A DNA stretch of 17,828 nucleotides from an uncultured Chthonomonadaceae bacterium. Its GTDB lineage: Bacteria; Armatimonadota; Chthonomonadetes; Chthonomonadales; Chthonomonadaceae. Within the stretch, counting starts at the first letter, position 1, and each line of letters starts with the position of its first letter. The DNA is taken from assembly GCA_963835065.1 (NCBI GenBank), contig CAWIEK010000055.1:1-17828 (forward strand), given 5' to 3'. Below the pieces are notes generated by a model. The model was not told where the DNA came from. It was given only the letters and a program-made list of their open reading frames with translations, and made no database searches. Of this stretch, positions 16,894-17,828 are shown in pieces. Position numbers and translations under genes: made by a program.

Positions 16894-17828
16894 ATGAAAA
16901 GAAAACACCATTGTTCTGCCGTGTCTGCCTGCCTGCTTACACTCGCCGCTTGCTGCCCTACGACTGCCAATGCGCAGCAAGCGCAAGGAAACTTCGCCAT
17001 GCCTCAACACCCAACTCAGGGAACAGGGAACAGGGAACAGGGAACAGAAGATAATGCGGAATGCGGAATGCTGAGTGATGAATCAGAATCCCATTCAGCA
17101 CTCATCACTCATCACTCAGCATTATCTACCCCCCCAACTCCTGCTCACCTCAACCTCCCTCCCGCCGCGCTTGCCGCCGCTTACAATCCGCTGCCCAACC
17201 TGCCCGCCGTTGCATTGGATGAAGCCAACAACGGCATCGGGATTGCGCAGCAGACGGCGCGGGCGCGGCATTTGCAGGGGCGCGTGTTGTGGATTGACGG
17301 CACGGCCAACATGAACGCCATCAACACGCCTGACAAAATCGTTTCGCTCGCGCAGCAGATCAAAAAGGCCGGGTTCAATACCGTTGTGCTGGATGTCAAG
17401 CCGATTGTCGGGTTCACGCTGTATCCGAGCAAGTACGCGCCCAAACTGACGACATGGAAAGATCGAACCATTCCCGCCGATTTGGATCCCCTGCCGGATA
17501 TGGTGGCAAAATGCCATCAAAGCGGCCTGCAAATTGTGGTCAACATGAATGTGTGGAGCGGGGGACACCGAGGCGACAACAACACGGTCAAGAAGCAGGG
17601 GCCGGGGTATAAGCATCCCGAATGGCAGACGGTTTTGTATTCGGTGGAAGGGCGTATCCGGGCGAGCGCGCCGGGCAGTCCGAGTTTCGCCGTTTCGCAG
17701 CGCGTCAATTCCGCTTTGGGCAGTGATAACAATGCCAACAGCCCGAATACTACTCCCAATGGCCTTAACAATCCTCCGAACAGTAAGGATGAAATTACGG
17801 TTTATACCGATGTGAAAACCCTGCCACA
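16894..17828 (+). CDS. Secreted glycosyl hydrolase-like family 10 protein (GHL10/YddW-like), 3' end truncated by the window
   Basis: Absent from the ORF track because it has no stop in the window. Manual translation: signal MKRKHH..LLTLAACCPTTANA|Q, then GRVLWIDGTAN..IKKAGFNTVVLDVKPIVGFTLYPS..DPLPDMVAKCHQSGLQIVVNMN..HPEW. Confidence 0.8.
   Translation, partial: MKRKHHCSAVSACLLTLAACCPTTANAQQAQGNFAMPQHPTQGTGNREQGTEDNAECGMLSDESESHSALITHHSALSTPPTPAHLNLPPAALAAAYNPLPNLPAVALDEANNGIGIAQQTARARHLQGRVLWIDGTANMNAINTPDKIVSLAQQIKKAGFNTVVLDVKPIVGFTLYPSKYAPKLTTWKDRTIPADLDPLPDMVAKCHQSGLQIVVNMNVWSGGHRGDNNTVKKQGPGYKHPEWQTVLYSVEGRIRASAPGSPSFAVSQRVNSALGSDNNANSPNTTPNGLNNPPNSKDEITVYTDVKTLP
17018..17127 (+). repeat. 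In-frame heptamer arrays: (AGGGAAC)x4 followed by an inverted pair of heptamer arms
   Basis: Four exact AGGGAAC (17018-17045). Arms 17049-17083 (AGAT AATGCGG AATGCGG AATGCTG AGTGATG AAT) and 17093-17127 (ATTCAGC ACTCATC ACTCATC ACTCAGC ATTATCT) are reverse complements at 28/35 positions. Confidence 0.9.

Noticed and set aside
16236..17000. 254-aa minus-strand ORF and the short ORFs within 17075-17815
   Set aside because: They overlap the LOV gene out of frame and/or the GHL10 gene, which runs open from 16894 to the window end.

Overview
This is a GC-rich bacterial chromosomal window of mostly ordinary genes: a GNAT acetyltransferase, a metallophosphoesterase, lpdA, a BMP-family lipoprotein, an ABC exporter, a divergent HxlR/NADP-oxidoreductase pair, a WD40 lipoprotein, a LOV-PAS-GGDEF-EAL photoreceptor and the 5' part of a GHL10 glycosyl hydrolase. 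The main observation is a transposase-less tnpB (IS200/IS605 family, RuvC D-E-D intact, one frameshift) directly downstream of tRNA-Asn(GTT). Its right end and omegaRNA scaffold can be placed precisely (ends ...GGAGCAGTCAC at 1386, with a predicted pseudoknot). The predicted guide (1385->1367) matches the adjacent tRNA-Asn gene at 17/19 positions, starting right after the anticodon-loop TTAA, with both mismatches in the tRNA variable loop. A second theme is a set of 7-mer and 9-mer tandem-repeat arms, often paired as inverted repeats or nested. They sit at gene ends and in-frame in N-terminal coding regions, and the same GTGNREQGT peptide appears in two unrelated ORFs. Three small frameshifts within 7 kb suggest residual indel errors in the assembly.
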